Shown piece after piece: positions 1 through 15,165 of a stretch of 64,000 bases of DNA. A program made the translations under genes and the position numbers. Source of the stretch: the human T2T-CHM13v2.0 reference genome, Homo sapiens. The notes below the pieces were generated by a model. That model saw nothing but the letters and a program-made list of their open reading frames with translations. It ran no database searches and was not told where the DNA came from. The DNA lies in assembly GCF_009914755.1 (NCBI RefSeq), contig NC_060931.1. One strand, 5' to 3'. The first letter of the stretch is position 1; each line of letters opens with the position of its first letter.

Positions 1-24
1 TTTTATCATGCTCTCTAATTCCTC

Positions 25-1279
25 TTTTTTTTATTTTTAAATTTTACTCTAAGTTCTGGGATACATGTGCAGAATGTGCAGGTTTGTTACACAGTTATAC
101 ATGTGCCATGGTGGTTTGCTGCACCCATCAATCCGTCATGTAGGTTTTAAGCCCCACATGCGTTAGGTATTTCTCCTAATGCTCTCCCTCTCCTTGCCCC
201 CAACCCCCGACAGGCCTTGGTGTATGTTGTTCCCCTCGCTGTGTCCTTGTGTTCTCATTGTTCACCTCCCACTTATGAGTGACAACATGCAGTGTTTGGT
301 TTTCGGTTCTTGTGTTAGTTTGCTGAGAATGACGGCTTCCAGCTTCATCCATGTCTCTTCAAAGGACATGAGCTCATTCTTTTTTAGGCCTGCATAATAT
401 TCCATGGTGTATATGTGCCACCTTTTCTTTATGCAGTCTATCGTTGATGGGCATTTCTGTTGGTTCCAGGTCTTTGTTATTGTAAATAGTGCTGCAATAA
501 ACATACGTGTGCATGTGTCTTTATGGTAGAATGATTTATCATCCTTTGGGTACGTACCCAGTAATGGGATTGCTGGGTCAAATGGTATTTCTGATTCTAG
601 ATCCTTGAGGAATTGCCACACTGTCTTCCACAGTGATTGAACTAATTTACACTCCCACCAACGGTGTAAATGCATTCCTATTTTTCCACAGCCTTGCCAG
701 CATCTATTGTTACCTGACTTTTTAATAATTGCCATTCTGACTGGCATGAGGTGGCATCTCATTGTGGTTTTGATTTGCATTTCTCTAATGATCAGTGATG
801 ATAAGCTTTTTTTCCTATGTTTCTTGGCCGCATAAATGTCTTATTTTGAGAAGTCTCTGTTCATATCCTTTGCCCACTTGACGGGGTTGTTTTTTGCTTT
901 TAATTTGTTTAAGTTTCTTGTAGATTCTGGATATTAGACCTTTGTCAGATGGGTAGATTGCAAAAATTTTCTCCCATTCTATAGGTTGCTGATTCACTCT
1001 GATGCTAGTTTCTTTTGCTGTGCAGAAGCTCTTTAGTTTAATTAGATCCTATTTATCAATTTTGGCTTTTGTTGCCATTGCTTTTGGTGTTACAGACATA
1101 AAGTCTTTGCCCATGCCTATAACCTGAATGGTAATGTCTAGATTTTCTTCCAGAGTTTTTATAGTTTGGGGTTTTACATGAAAGTCTTTAATCCATCTTG
1201 AGTTAATTTTTGTATGAGGTGTAAGGAAGGGGTCCAGTTTCAGTTTTCAGCATATGGCTAGCCAGTTATTCTAGCACCA
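25..1279 (-). mobile_element. 5'-truncated L1PA (about L1PA7-8): 3' UTR plus ORF2 C-terminal remnant
   Basis: Poly(T) then aagttctgggatacatgtgcagaatgtgcagg; minus-strand ORFs 262-780 and 815-997 are ORF2p C-terminal sequence (MQIKTTMR...WWECKLVQ...). Confidence 0.95.
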
Positions 1280-2953
1280 AATTCCCAATTAGCCAAAAAT
1301 TGGTTTAAGTGATTCATAAATCTCAAGTAAATCTGGATGTTAAAGGTTGAACCTTAATAATAATTACAGAGTAAATGGAAAGTGAGTGAATCTCACTGGA
1401 CTTGTTTCTTTAGAGCCAAGGGTTGAGGCAGAGTTCATAGAGCCTGACTTTTATGGATTCAAGTTGTGCAGGATTTTCTGACCAAAGCTTCATCCTGTGA
1501 TTTCATCTTGGTCAGTTAAATCTAAATAAATTCTACTGTCATTTACTAAAATATTTAGGGCATTGTTATGCAATCTAAGATTATTTACACTTTAATAAAT
1601 ACATGAAAATTCTAATTGTATTTATTGTGTCAAGTTTTCCATTGCAAACACTGATTTATTTTTTTCAGTCAAATAATAACTCAGGAAAAAAAATAGACCA
1701 GGTGAGGTTTCCTTACACATTATCCATGCTACCATTTATTTAAGAAACATATTATTGATCTTTTATGTTTTTGCAAATTCCATGTAATTAAAAAAAAAAT
1801 GTAAGAATGGTCAATATCTGAACTTGCTTCTGTGTTTTCCATGATGACCTATTTATGTTGCATTATAGAATTTAACCAACTGTGTATGAAAGTTTAGATG
1901 ATATTAACATGTGAGTCAATAAGAAAAGAACTGTTATACAGAAATATTGGAATGATTTGACTTTCAATATTCTATACTCAATTGTATGCAAGTTAGATAA
2001 AATCATGTTGAATTTTATCTCATGTACGTTACCAAAGCAATACAAATTCCTTAGAAGTTATATAAGTAAAAATAGATTTATTTTTAAATTATCCTGGAAA
2101 ACATTGTCTTGGTATTCAAACCATTTTCACCTGTGTTTATCATCAGAGGTTTCCATCTTTTAGAACATTTATTTACCAGTTCTCTTGTATTTTTCTCAGC
2201 TGTCTGTTTGCCATATGGTGTTACTTTCAGAATTCTCTGTAATACTGAGAGGTTGTGCTTGTGGTAACATAGGATAAAATTCCATGCAGACTTGAATATT
2301 TGAAATCTTACTATATGAAGATTCAACCTATACGAAAATAGAAGCTTAACCATAATTTATAGGTATTATGTTAGAAAAATCCCAGCTATTTCTACATCTA
2401 TTTTTTATTCTTTTGTGGACATGTAGATACATTCTTAGCAGGCAGATCTGGCCTAAGGCAAGCTAGTGGTATAGCAACATTGGCTTTCCTGCTTTCAATA
2501 AGACACAAGTTTTATTCCCCCTGAAGTTTAATGCCTCATATCTTAATATTCTCTTTTGATTCCCTTAAGGCAACCACCCATGAAAGTTGCATTCAGACTC
2601 TTCATTCTCAGAAGGTATACTCAAATGCTATTTCTTCCAGAGACATTTTAATTCTAGTAGGAGTCAAACTCGTAAAGAAAATGGTTGAAACTCTGAGACA
2701 AATTGATAGGTAGCATGTATAGTTAAGCCTGCTATAAACAGTAAAAGAAGCAACATAAGGTAGAACATTTTCCCCTCCAAGGAGAAAAAATCATGTCCGT
2801 TAAGTATATTTTGATTCATTTTTTATTGTAATTTTTGTTATCCCTGGAAATAGAACAAAAACATGTGTCAGCTGACTACCATTGAACCTGTACACACCCT
2901 GCTTCAGCTTTTATCCAATGAGAAATAAAATTAAGTCATGTAGGTTGTTAGAG

Positions 2954-2997
<44 letters not shown>
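2954..2997. repeat. (CT)n microsatellite with one interruption
   Basis: tctctctc...gtctctctc. Confidence 0.97.
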
Positions 2998-2998
<1 letters not shown>

Positions 2999-5929
2999 TT
3001 TTAACTGAACCTGGCTGCAATAATAATACTGACCTTGACTGTGACCTCTCTGTGTGATAGTTCCATTGCTGTGCCTTAGAGTCGAATGGTATCTCTACAG
3101 TTTTTTCAGAATTCTTGGGTAAAAAATGTAGCAGGTGTTGTCAGGGGTTAGGAAAGAGAGGCTATTTATTCTTTCCCTGTAGTTTTGGATGGAAATAAAT
3201 ACTTTTTAGGTGATCTGTTTCTAAGAAGTGCAGTTTTCCGGAAACCACACACCGTATTCTCAAAACTATTTTCCTGTTTCTTCCTTAGCATTTAGTCTAA
3301 TCATCTCAAAGTAAAGGATTATTCTTAATAAAAGAAAATACGGCTGCTCACATTAAATTTGCTTCAAGTCCAGGAGAAAACCTGCTTCAAATTTTTTAAA
3401 GACATTTTTGCCTCCATTGTATATGGATTATTAGCCCAATTTATAAGAGTAAGTGCCAGAATACAGTCTTTGGTGGTATTTTAGGGTGATACTCTCCTGC
3501 AATGGGATTGATTTTAGAATTTGTAGGGTATATACTAGTTGAGGATGTAATTGGAATTTGTGCCTGTAAACCTATAAGCTCCAATCCTAAAAGACACATG
3601 TTTATTCATTCAAAAATATATATCTAGCATTGGTGTTGTCGGTTACTTTGCTGGGCATAAAAACTCAGAGATGAATCAGACACAGTAGAGAATGTCTGCA
3701 ATCTATAGGAAATTATATTCTGAACAGGGACGGACTCAAAAGTGTATGTGTGAATATATGTGCTCTTTTAAATCCAAGAAAAATATTTTCCACATCACCA
3801 ATTGTGCCACTGAAAAATAAATTGTTATTGGTATACAGTGGCATTTGAAGATATTAGAAAACTCAAATCAAAAAGGGAACATTGCTCTGCCATGAATAAA
3901 TGATGTTTATACTTCTCTTTGCAAACTGCTATGTCACCTCCAGGATAACTTGTCAAGTGCATTTTCATATTATGTTTCAAATAACACTACCCAATAAGTG
4001 GAACTTAGAAAAATGTATCAGTGTGCATATTCTTATGTTCTGAATAATAAGAAATGTGAAATGTCAAGTGATGAACTAATAGCAAACAAATAATTCAAAC
4101 CTCTCTAGGTTAGCTTGCAACACAGAGTCAGAAAGTGCATCAAGAAAATGTAACAGTGTGCAGAATGAATTTGTAAACTGATTTATTGACACATTCAAAT
4201 GATACAGTGCTATTTATAGGACACTGTACTATAGATGTTCCTGCAGTTACTGGAGAAGAAACTCTTGTCCTGTGGGGTCTACAGTGACTGCCTTGCTTCA
4301 ATAACATATGTTTATTTGCCATATCGTTGTCCATTTTCTAAAATAGAATATACTTTGTAAGGATTTTCAATAAGTTTATGAATATGAAACGAAAGTGGAT
4401 GACTGAAGGAATTTTCTAGGCTTCATTAGTTGACATGCACTCTTTTTGAGTTAAATAATATGATATTCTAGAATCTAAATTGATTTTCTATGAAAATAGA
4501 AACAAAAATAGGAAAAAATAATATTTTGATCTACTCCGTTGGTTTACATGAATGCCTGCAAAAAATAAGTAATTTTGACTACCTACAAAATTGTATTTTT
4601 GCACATACCTTATAGTGTCTCTTGTTTTAACTAAGATGAATTTATGATAAAAACATGAAAAAAAATCAAGTGGTTAACTCTAATTTGTTTATTAAGCTAT
4701 GTTAGTAAAAGCAACTAATACTGGCCTATGACTTTCCAATTTAAAAAGAATTTTGTGTCATTTCATTGAACTCTCCATTAGCATAGTGGTATGCTTGATA
4801 ACATTATCTTCTGGGCAAAATTAGTTGTACTACTATAAGTACCCATATCACTTTCTTGCGGCATTGACATCTCTAGTATAGCACTTGATAGTATATGGTA
4901 GGTATCTTTTCATATCTTTTCTAGACTCTCAAGTCTCATTAAGCAAAAGATGTTTATTATCTGCGCCAGTCACACACTTCCCAAATTCAATATATACACA
5001 CGGGCTTCCTATTGGTAGTAAGACTTTATTAACTTTGATTGAGTTATTGTTTCACCAAATCGAAAACTGAGGTTCCAAGATGTTAATAAATGTACCCAAG
5101 AATGCATATGAATGAGAAGTAGACCAAAATGCAAAGGTAGGTCCTCTAATTCTAAATATCAGTTCTTTCTAAAATCTTGATCTTCCAACCTTTCCTGTTC
5201 TTAGCGCATTTGAAATTATAGGTCTACACAGTATAAGAAACATTATTAAAATGAATACAGACATATTTTAAATAGTACTAAACATTTGTGTTATAACACG
5301 TATATATGTAATTTTTCAGAACTGCTTCCTATATACAGGTCACAGGGCACTGCCTCGTGGTTATTTCTAATCCACCCCACAGTTCAATAACTCAGAATTG
5401 TAAAATGTGATCAAATAAAGTAATCATGATGCCAAATTCCCTTAAGGATGCATCATTTTTAAAAGTTTCTTAATATGAACATTTCGAGTCAGTGATTTAG
5501 ACAGCTTTGAATATCAATTTTTCATGAAAAAGAACAAATGCGATGACATAAGCAGACAGTGATCCACTTGTGTTATGAAGGTAGCAGTAAATGGGTGACA
5601 ATTTCTTGAAATCCAGATATGTTCAAATGAGCAGAGTTGGCAGCGTGTCCTAGGCTTTTTTGACAAAGGAATGCAGTGTCATTATCTATTACTTTGATGA
5701 TTTATCTACGTCACAGTAACTGCTTCAAACCTAGAAAAAGGTAAAGGGGCAAAAAGAATTATTTTTCATTGTTCTGCTATGAATCCATATCAGCATTTAG
5801 GGGTTTGTTTTATAATGTTCCTTAAATAAGTTTAATTTCTTTACATAAGCAAGTGATAATTAAGTAAGCACTTTTTTGATAGTAAGGAATAAGCTCACTT
5901 TTAAAATTCTGTTCTCTCACAAACATTTC

Positions 5930-6100
5930 ATGACATTATAGAATCCAGAAATGTCAGCTATAAAAGAGATCCCAAGGATGATGTTCATTTCTCCTGCTTT
6001 ACAAATGGAGAAACTGAGATTCCACATGAATATGTCACTTGATCAAGAGAGTTGACAACTAAATGGAAATTAGAACTTAAGTTTTCTAAATTCAGGTTCA
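5930..6100 (-). mobile_element. MIR fragment
   Basis: tttacaaatggagaaactgag MIR core motif. Confidence 0.65.
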
Positions 6101-6867
6101 GAGGCCGGCTTCAGTAAAAATATAGGTGTTGGGAAAATAGTACAGTGATTTCCATGAGATTGCAGCCATCTCTTCATTATTATGGTCATGAATATACATA
6201 TCTCATTTATTTTTCACTGCTATGGCTCTATTTCTTATTTCAAAATGTAAAAACAGCAACTTTTCTCATCTCTTGGTGGCTATATGAACTTCAGCAATAC
6301 AGAATTCAGTGGATTGGGCCTTCTCCATTTCCTATTTACTTCTGATTACATTGTTTTCTCATGATGCATTTTGTTTTCCCATCTGGAATTCATTCTCTGG
6401 GAATCTCCTCTCTGAGAAAGCTTCAAAACCAAACAGTGTTTATTTTTTGTAATGACATTGCTTGCACTTTCATTCTGTAATATCTCCATTCAGAAATCTT
6501 TAATTGTTCCCAATTCCTTTCTAGATGAGATCGCAAATTCTCTGCTTAGCTTTCAAGGATCAGCACACTTTCAATCACTTTTTCTTAACACTTCCCAAAA
6601 CCCACCTGGCGTATTAATCAAACTGACTTTTTGTAGCCTCTGATTAGTTTCATTTCTGTACCTTTGCTTGTTTCTGTTTTCCTTTTTTCCTGCCCACAAA
6701 AGATGTAAGATCTCCTTTAAATTGTGAAAATCTCTAGATTGTAGTGCTTCTCTTCTCATGCACTCCTGGCTGTGTGAACATAAAACATGGAAGAGGTTAT
6801 CCCAGGTGTGGTGCTCAACTGTCTGGGTGAGGCTTTGATCTCCTGAGTTCTGGTCTCTGTTTGCCGC

Positions 6868-7223
6868 TGTATTGGTGATTTTCATGCTGCTGATAAAGTC
6901 ATACCAGAGACTGGGCAATTTACAGAAGTAAGAACTTTAATGGACTCACAGTTCCACGTGGCTGGGGAGGCTTTGCAATCATGGCAGAAGGTGAAAGGCA
7001 CATCTCACATGGTGGCAGGCAAGAGAAGAGAGCTTGTGCAGGGAAACTCTCCTTTCTAAAACCATCAGATCTTGTGATAGTTATTATGATCAAAAGAATA
7101 ATGCGGGAAAGACCCACCCCATGATTCAACTACTTTCCACAGGGTCCCTCCCACAACAAGTGGAAATTGTGAGAGTTAAAATTCAAAATGAGATTTGGGT
7201 GGGGACACAGCGAAATCATATCA
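6868..7223 (-). mobile_element. Solo THE1A/B LTR (ERVL-MaLR)
   Basis: tgtattgg...ctgctgataaag...gagactgggcaatttac...tgagatttgggtggggacacag...catatca; ccgc on both flanks. Confidence 0.92.
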
Positions 7224-7831
7224 CCGCCTACACCTGACTTCCTTTCTGATTCTTCTTTCCTGATTAGAACTTTCAGGACTTGAATCTCTCCTCTCCTTCC
7301 CTTTTTAAGACCAGAGTTAAGCTTCAACTTGCTTATTTCAAAAACCTCCTACTGAGAAGCACTATCAATTTGCTACTTATCACTGGTGATGATGGCAAAA
7401 TGATCCAATCAATTTTCTTCCTTCAGTTCCATCTAAAATGAGTGCACACCCACATATATGTGTTGAAATGACTTACTTTTTGTTTTCTTTTGGATTGGTA
7501 TAGTTTTTTTATTTTTCATAAAATCTGTCTGAAAACAATTTTATTTAGAAATTAAACATTATCAATACTATATGTCAAGGCAAGCAACTTTCTTTGGAAT
7601 ATAATATATCCTAGAAATCAATGCAACATATTTTTACGTTTAGATTACCCCCAGATGCCCAGAGCATTTCTTTACTGGTGAAATACAGAATTCTTGGACT
7701 TGACACTGAGAGGAAGTGTCAGCAGTGATCTAAAAAGTATTTCTTCTTAAAATAAGGGAAATGTGTGTGCTTAAAGACAGAGACATTAGAAAGGGGAGGA
7801 TGAACAGATTATATTTTTTAAAAAATGGTTA

Positions 7832-8099
7832 GGCCGGGCACGGTGGCTCACGCCTGTAATCCCAACACTTTGGGAGGCCGAGATGGGCAGATCGCCAGGT
7901 CAGAGATCAAGACCATCCTGGCCAACATGGTGAAACCCCATCTCTACTAAAAATACAAAAAAAATTAGCTAGGTGTGGTGGCACATGCCTGTAATCCCAG
8001 CTACTCAGGAGGCCGAGGCAGGAGAATAGCTTGAACCTGGGAGTCAGAGGAGCTGAGATCACGCCACAGCACTCCATCCTGGCAACACAGTGAGACTGT

Positions 8100-8130
<31 letters not shown>
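7832..8130 (+). mobile_element. AluS (Sc-like) with 30-nt A tail
   Basis: ggccgggcacggtggctcacgcc...agagatcaagaccatcctggccaacatgg; small deletion in right arm. Confidence 0.95.
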
Positions 8131-8132
<2 letters not shown>

Positions 8133-8673
8133 TGGGTGGGGTGGGGTGGGGTGTGAGAGCAAGGTCCCTCAGAAGTTATAAATGGATGGGCATTAGTGCA
8201 TAGCTATCTTTATTTTCCAGGTTACCCCTTATGGAAAAAGGTTCGCAGTTACCATAACACCAATTAATAAAGCCATATTTGCTGGAAAAATCTTATTCAA
8301 CAGCAAAGTATCACAGTAAGAGAAAGGACGTTTAGTAATTTAATATATAAAAATAAACCTTCGGTAGTTTTGCCTGAAAGAAGGCCAGTAAGTATCTTAA
8401 ACATCTTAGGGAGCTTTTACAAGTGCTGTAGCCCTTGCTTTCTGTTTTCTAGTTAAGCAAACTTTATTGCTTTCACCAATGAGTTACAGAATCTATGACT
8501 GGTAATTTTAGTCAAAAACATGAGTTCAATTAGATGTGAAGATACAATCTTGGCATATGTTCTTAAATGAGCCAAACCTCCTATTTTAATAAATAAGGTA
8601 AATGAGCCCAAATCCATATTTTATGGCCATTGCTCAGTGAATGACTACACACACTATTCAGTCACCCACATAA

Positions 8674-9142
<469 letters not shown>

Positions 9143-9704
9143 AGACTACTAATTTATACTGGTGTATAATAGTGTCCAAGTTTCTAGAACATTCGTCCAA
9201 TAATGGCTGTACCACCCAGATATCAATGTTTTGTTTCTTCTAAAATATAGATATAACCATATCATATAACTACACTCAATGAAGGAGCCGTTTCAGTGGT
9301 TTCTCAAGGCCTACAGAATATAATTCACATTTACTGCATGACATTTACTAACCTGTGAAGTCTTGAATCAAAGATACCTAGATTCAAACATAATAGGTAT
9401 CCAATACAGATTTGTTGATAGAAAAATGAGAGTATGCCAAACAGGGTCAAATGAATAAGATTATTCAGTTTGCCCTCGGCATTCCTTTTTGCTCATCTGT
9501 TCTGTAGATTCAATGATCGCCACCTTCCATACATCCACTGTGCATTCATTCTGACACTGGTCACTGTCCCATATGCCAAGAATACAGAAGCAAACAACAC
9601 AACCCTTACGTCCACCCTAATAGGGTTAATAACTCATAGTAGAGTCAGATATTAAACAAGTTAATACGCAGATGAATGCAGAATTACTAATTGTCATAAT
9701 TGCT

Positions 9705-9756
9705 GGAAGGAAGGAAGGAAGGAAGGAAGGAAGGAAGGAAGGAAGGAAGGAAGGAA
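9705..9756 (+). repeat. (GGAA)13 perfect microsatellite within an L2-like remnant
   Basis: 13 uninterrupted GGAA units counted. Confidence 0.97.
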
Positions 9757-10729
9757 AATAGGAAAGTGTGTTCCCTGAAAAGAGAGGGAAGCAGACTAAA
9801 TTTAGTGTAAGTGATGGTGAACTCAGGGAAGCACTTGCCTCCTGAGATTTGATGTAGGACATGATCATTTATCCAAGAGAAAATGTGAAGAAGAGCACTT
9901 TAGGCAGCGAGAACAAGTGTGTTTGTTCTGTTGTTGTTGCTGTTTTTAAGTTTGTTTGTTTTTGTCTCTTTCTTGAAGATGCTATACATTCCCATATTTA
10001 CACTTTATTGTGATATTGACTCTGTTGCCTGGAGTGCTCTTCTCTGTCATTTTATGTGTAGTGAAATTGTTCTTATCATACCATCTTTTTTTTTAAATAT
10101 TAAAACTGTCCTTACCCCTTCAGGCAGAACTTACCTTGCCTCCTCCCTTTGTTCACTCCTTTCAATTGCGATTATCCCATTGCTTATAGCTAACTGGGTA
10201 ATTTATTTTTCTCTAGAAGACAAGCCTTCTAGAAGGGGATACAACTTCTTTATTCAATGGTAGGTCCTCCGTGTTATTGAAGACATGAGGAGAAATGAAT
10301 TCAGATTACTGGGAGACAAAGGGGAATATTTTTCAAATCGCCACTTCAAAGGATAGTATGCGACTCAAAATCTAAATATATTTAAGAAAGATATAGTTAA
10401 TTAATGCCAGATTAACAGAAATTAAAATAAATGAATATTATTTTAACATAGATCCTTACATTGTTTAAGATAAATTCATACCCAGGGGACTAAATATTCT
10501 CCAACTTATTTTCCTTGTTCATTAGAGACAAAAAGTTGATTTGGATTACTTAGAATTAAAACCTGTTGTGAGAGCCCTTATATAGAAATTTTAATAGAAT
10601 CATGTCTAGATAGAAAATAACACAGTTTACATTAAACGTCTACTTTCATTACAGCATACTTGGCAAAATATCACATTTTGTCTTGTTGTGGGCTTCCATT
10701 CTTTGAATGTTACTGAAGCCCAGTTCCTA

Positions 10730-11414
<685 letters not shown>

Positions 11415-11519
11415 ATCCCCTACAAAGCCCACAACATGTGGGAATTATGGGAGCTACAATTCAGATGCGATTTGGGTTGGGACACTGCTAAACCATATCG
11501 ATCCCCTACAAAGCCCAGC

Positions 11520-11965
11520 AAAGTTGGCTTCCATCCCAGTCTTCTGCAGTCTCTCTGGCCACTTTCCGTCCTGTTTACCTCATGCTTCTGCTCCATCCTC
11601 ACTGGCCTCCTAGGACCTCTGAACATACCCACCTTGTTCCTGCTCCGAGCCTTTTGACTGGGGTTTGTTGTGCTAGAATTACTACTCCACAGATATCAGA
11701 TAACCCTATGGCTTGTTCTCTCTTTTCCATTAAGTTCTGCTAAAAATGATACCTTATCAGTAAGGCCTTCTGAAACCTCTAATTTCAAGGATGCTTATCC
11801 ATTCACCCATACTCCTCATCTTCCTGTCATGCCCTATTTTCCCTATAATTAACACCATCTGAAATACTGTGTATTTTTTTTATTATTTACTATAATATGA
11901 AACTCTAGGTTGTTCACTGTTGTCCCCCAACTGTAGGCACTCTATAAATTGTCATTGAAGGAAAT
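11520..11965 (+). mobile_element. L2 3' fragment
   Basis: cactggcctcc...ccttatcagtaaggccttc...gtaggcactctataaattg, typical of L2 3' end. Confidence 0.7.
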
Positions 11966-13929
11966 GCATATTAACTTTGCACTCAGCGTCACTGGGTAGT
12001 TAATACTATTTTTCAAATGTTATAAAATCAATATATGTTAATTGAAGAACATTTCCAAGCTGTAGAAAATAGAAGAAAATGAAAGTCAACAATTATCTAG
12101 CAATCAGTACAGTACCATGATTGACATTTTGGTTTACATATTCTTTCAGTCATTTCTTTACCTATAAATATCTATTTCATAAAATGAAGATCATATTATA
12201 AATACTGTTTTATAGACTACTTTTTTAGCCTATCATGCCATAAACATTTGTCAATTGATTAAGGATTTTTCTACAGCTTCACCCTTACTGGCTCTATAGC
12301 GCTCCATTTTTCACTCTGTACCTCTTGATTGCATGGCCTAATCTGAAGTTACTTAAGCCAAGTACACTGGGAAAATGCTTACCTACAGCACTTAGTTATT
12401 TAAAGCTAAGTGGGTTAAGTAGTCTAGGAAATAGACTTGGTTTTCAGTAAGTACATTGCTTATTGCTAAATGCTAACTTTCAGTTAACCAGTTAATGAAA
12501 CCAGAGGGTCAAAAATTGCAACATTTACCAGTGGACCAATAAATTACAATTCAAATGAGCCCAGCCCTTAGGAAGATTGTCAATCAAAGCTTTAAGAGTA
12601 CTCAAGTTCATTTAGTCATATTGTGATTGACCTTGACGGTCTTCAGATTATTGGTTTATTAAAAGTTCTAGGTAGCTCGACCTTCTTACGAGACTGTAGA
12701 ATTTGAGTTAAAAAAAGAAAAGTCTACTGTCACCACTGTGTTAGAGATTAAAACCTCTGCCTAGCTCCTGGGTGGTGATTCAGTTTTTGAATACTATTTC
12801 CTTTTGTTGCATGAAGTTATAAAATTAAAACTTCAATTTGTTTTCCAGATTACAGCTAGGGTAAAAATTGTTTTTTATTATTTTGTGTTGTAGAGTTTTT
12901 TTTTTTCTTTTAAATTAGAAGATCAAGTTCGAGGAGTCAAAAGCTTAATTTAAAAAAAAAGCCTCACAAATCTATTTCATTTCTAGTACATTACAGTTCA
13001 GTAGATAATTTGAAACTGATTCATCTGTTATACCATCTGTTGGAAATATGCTACAGCTGTTAAATGTCCAGCAAAATTTGAACTACTTCTCGAAGTAATT
13101 TGCCCTTGGTACATGCAGACCAGACAATTTTTTATTTGATTTACAACCAAGATTTCTCCAAACATGACCGATTTTCTAGCTATACTACTTTTATTTCATT
13201 ATTATTTTTAAACATAGCTATTAGACAAACCAAAATAGAAAATGAAAGAAATCTGAACTAATTTTTAAGATTAAAAATAATGAATTTATTCATTGCCATA
13301 AGCTATTAAAATTGCATTGATTGTGTTCAATATTTTTCAAAATATATGAAGACTTCCTATGGTGTGCCCTACATTCTGCATATTGGGAAAGAAAAGAAGT
13401 TCCCTTCCTCAGAAGAGGATTATTGGCAGAGAAATCAACATATAAACCAATATTGATCATAATAGATTTTCAATGATACAGAATGAAAATATTATATTAG
13501 GAACACCAAAGTCTTATGTTCTTTTTAAGACTAAAAGTAGATGTAAAAGAGCTAACTGACAGTAGTCAATAGTTTCAAGTCTCAAAAAACTCATTTGCTG
13601 GAGCCAAGATATTTAAAAAGTCCTAAAGTCATGTACTGTACTGATGAGTTAGACAAACCCTCTATATAATTCAGGGGTTCCAAATTACAAGTCATTTTAA
13701 GTTGTTGAAGATCAGAGATGATATTTCTTATGTGGGATACAGTGAAGTAGATCTATGTGTAAGATCATGGGATGAAGCCATTTCTCTTTTGCAATGCAGA
13801 TTTTAAAATGGAAAATACAAAAATACATCTTAGAAGCTAAACAGATGAAGTGAATACATCTCAATAGTCAAAACTAGGAAGCACTTTGCCTTGCTTGCTT
13901 TTAGATGGATTTATTTCTTATCATTGTCA

Positions 13930-14625
13930 GTAATTCATTGATTCAACAGCTCTCTGCAAGGTTGTGTTATGCTGCATGACAGATTTTGAGGCTCTGGGAA
14001 TAGAGAGTGGACACATCAGGCACCTGCCTTCCTCTCATGGTATTTACAGTCCATTCAACAAGAAAAGTAATAAAGAAATTAAAAACAAACCAGATAATTT
14101 CAGATTGTGGTGAGTGCTGTGAAACAAAACAAGACAGTGTGATAGAATAGTAAGCAATGTCTCAATGAAGACAGAAATTGAGTTGGTTAATTTAGATGAA
14201 CTGATCAGAAAAAGTGAAGGTAGTATTTGCGTCAGAATCAGAGTGGAAAGGAACCAGCTCTTTTAAACCTGGTAGAGAGAATTTTAGCTGGACAGCGGAG
14301 AGGATGGAAAGGCCTTTGAGCAAGGGTGTGCTTGGTGTGTATGAGAGAGAGAGGAGAGTGAATCTAGAGCTTAGTGACCCAGAGAAGGAGTGAAATAAAA
14401 TAGCGCCAGAGATATCTTCAGGGCCAGACCATCTTGGGCCCAGTGGAGCTTCGATTTTATACTAAATAAGAGGGGAAGCCATCAGGAAGCCTTCAGGGCA
14501 TGGCAAAATCTGATGCCCAGTTTTAAAAAATCCATCTGGCAACTGTGAAGAAAATGGATTGTAAGGAGATAAAGATCGAAGCAGGAAATAAGTGCCCAAT
14601 AAATATTTATTGAATGAATAAATGA
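13930..14625 (-). mobile_element. L2 fragments (mostly minus, with a short plus-strand L2 tail at the end)
   Basis: attcattgattcaaca...; gggaagccatcagg; ends caataaatatttattgaatgaataaatgaa. Confidence 0.7.
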
Positions 14626-14964
14626 AATAAAGTTGATGTCTTTTGCTGAGGCTATTCAATGTAGGCATATCCATTAAATTGCTGATTATATATGGGTTTC
14701 TCTGAGAACATCTATTTAAAACTGCAGAAACCTCTTTCAGTTAAAAGATGTGGGTCTGATTTGGCACACAAAATATTGAAATTCCTGCAATATTATTATA
14801 TAGGGTAACATTTCATGTAAATTCTTAGAATCAAAATGAGAGGTGGTGAGAACAATTTGACAATTTCAATATTATTAGGTCTGTGTAGCCCAGTGCAACA
14901 TATATGATTTTACCTGAAGTCACTATAGAAACCATTTGTCCCAGAAAACTAGACTTCAAAAGCA

Positions 14965-15165
14965 CAGGCCTTAGAATCAGGTACAATTTGGCCTTTGTCC
15001 TGACTTTAATATCCTTTAGCTGTGAGATCTGAAGCCTCCTCATCTATAAAATGGTAATACTACCCATCTCAATGGGTTACTGTGATAACTCAATGAGATG
15101 ACCCACTCAAAATATTTACTTGGCTATCACGTAAGTGTTCAATAAATGATTGCTATTACTATCAA
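14965..15165 (+). mobile_element. MIR
   Basis: ctcatctataaaatggtaatactacccatctc...gtaagtgttcaataaatg. Confidence 0.75.

Noticed and set aside
262-997. ORFs resembling reverse-transcriptase protein C-terminus
   Set aside because: Broken ORF2 remnants of a 5'-truncated L1, not a gene
1669-1701. 33-nt pseudo-exon (tttttcag| ... CAG|GTGAGG)
   Set aside because: Very short, A-rich, immediate stop in frame; such site pairs are expected by chance
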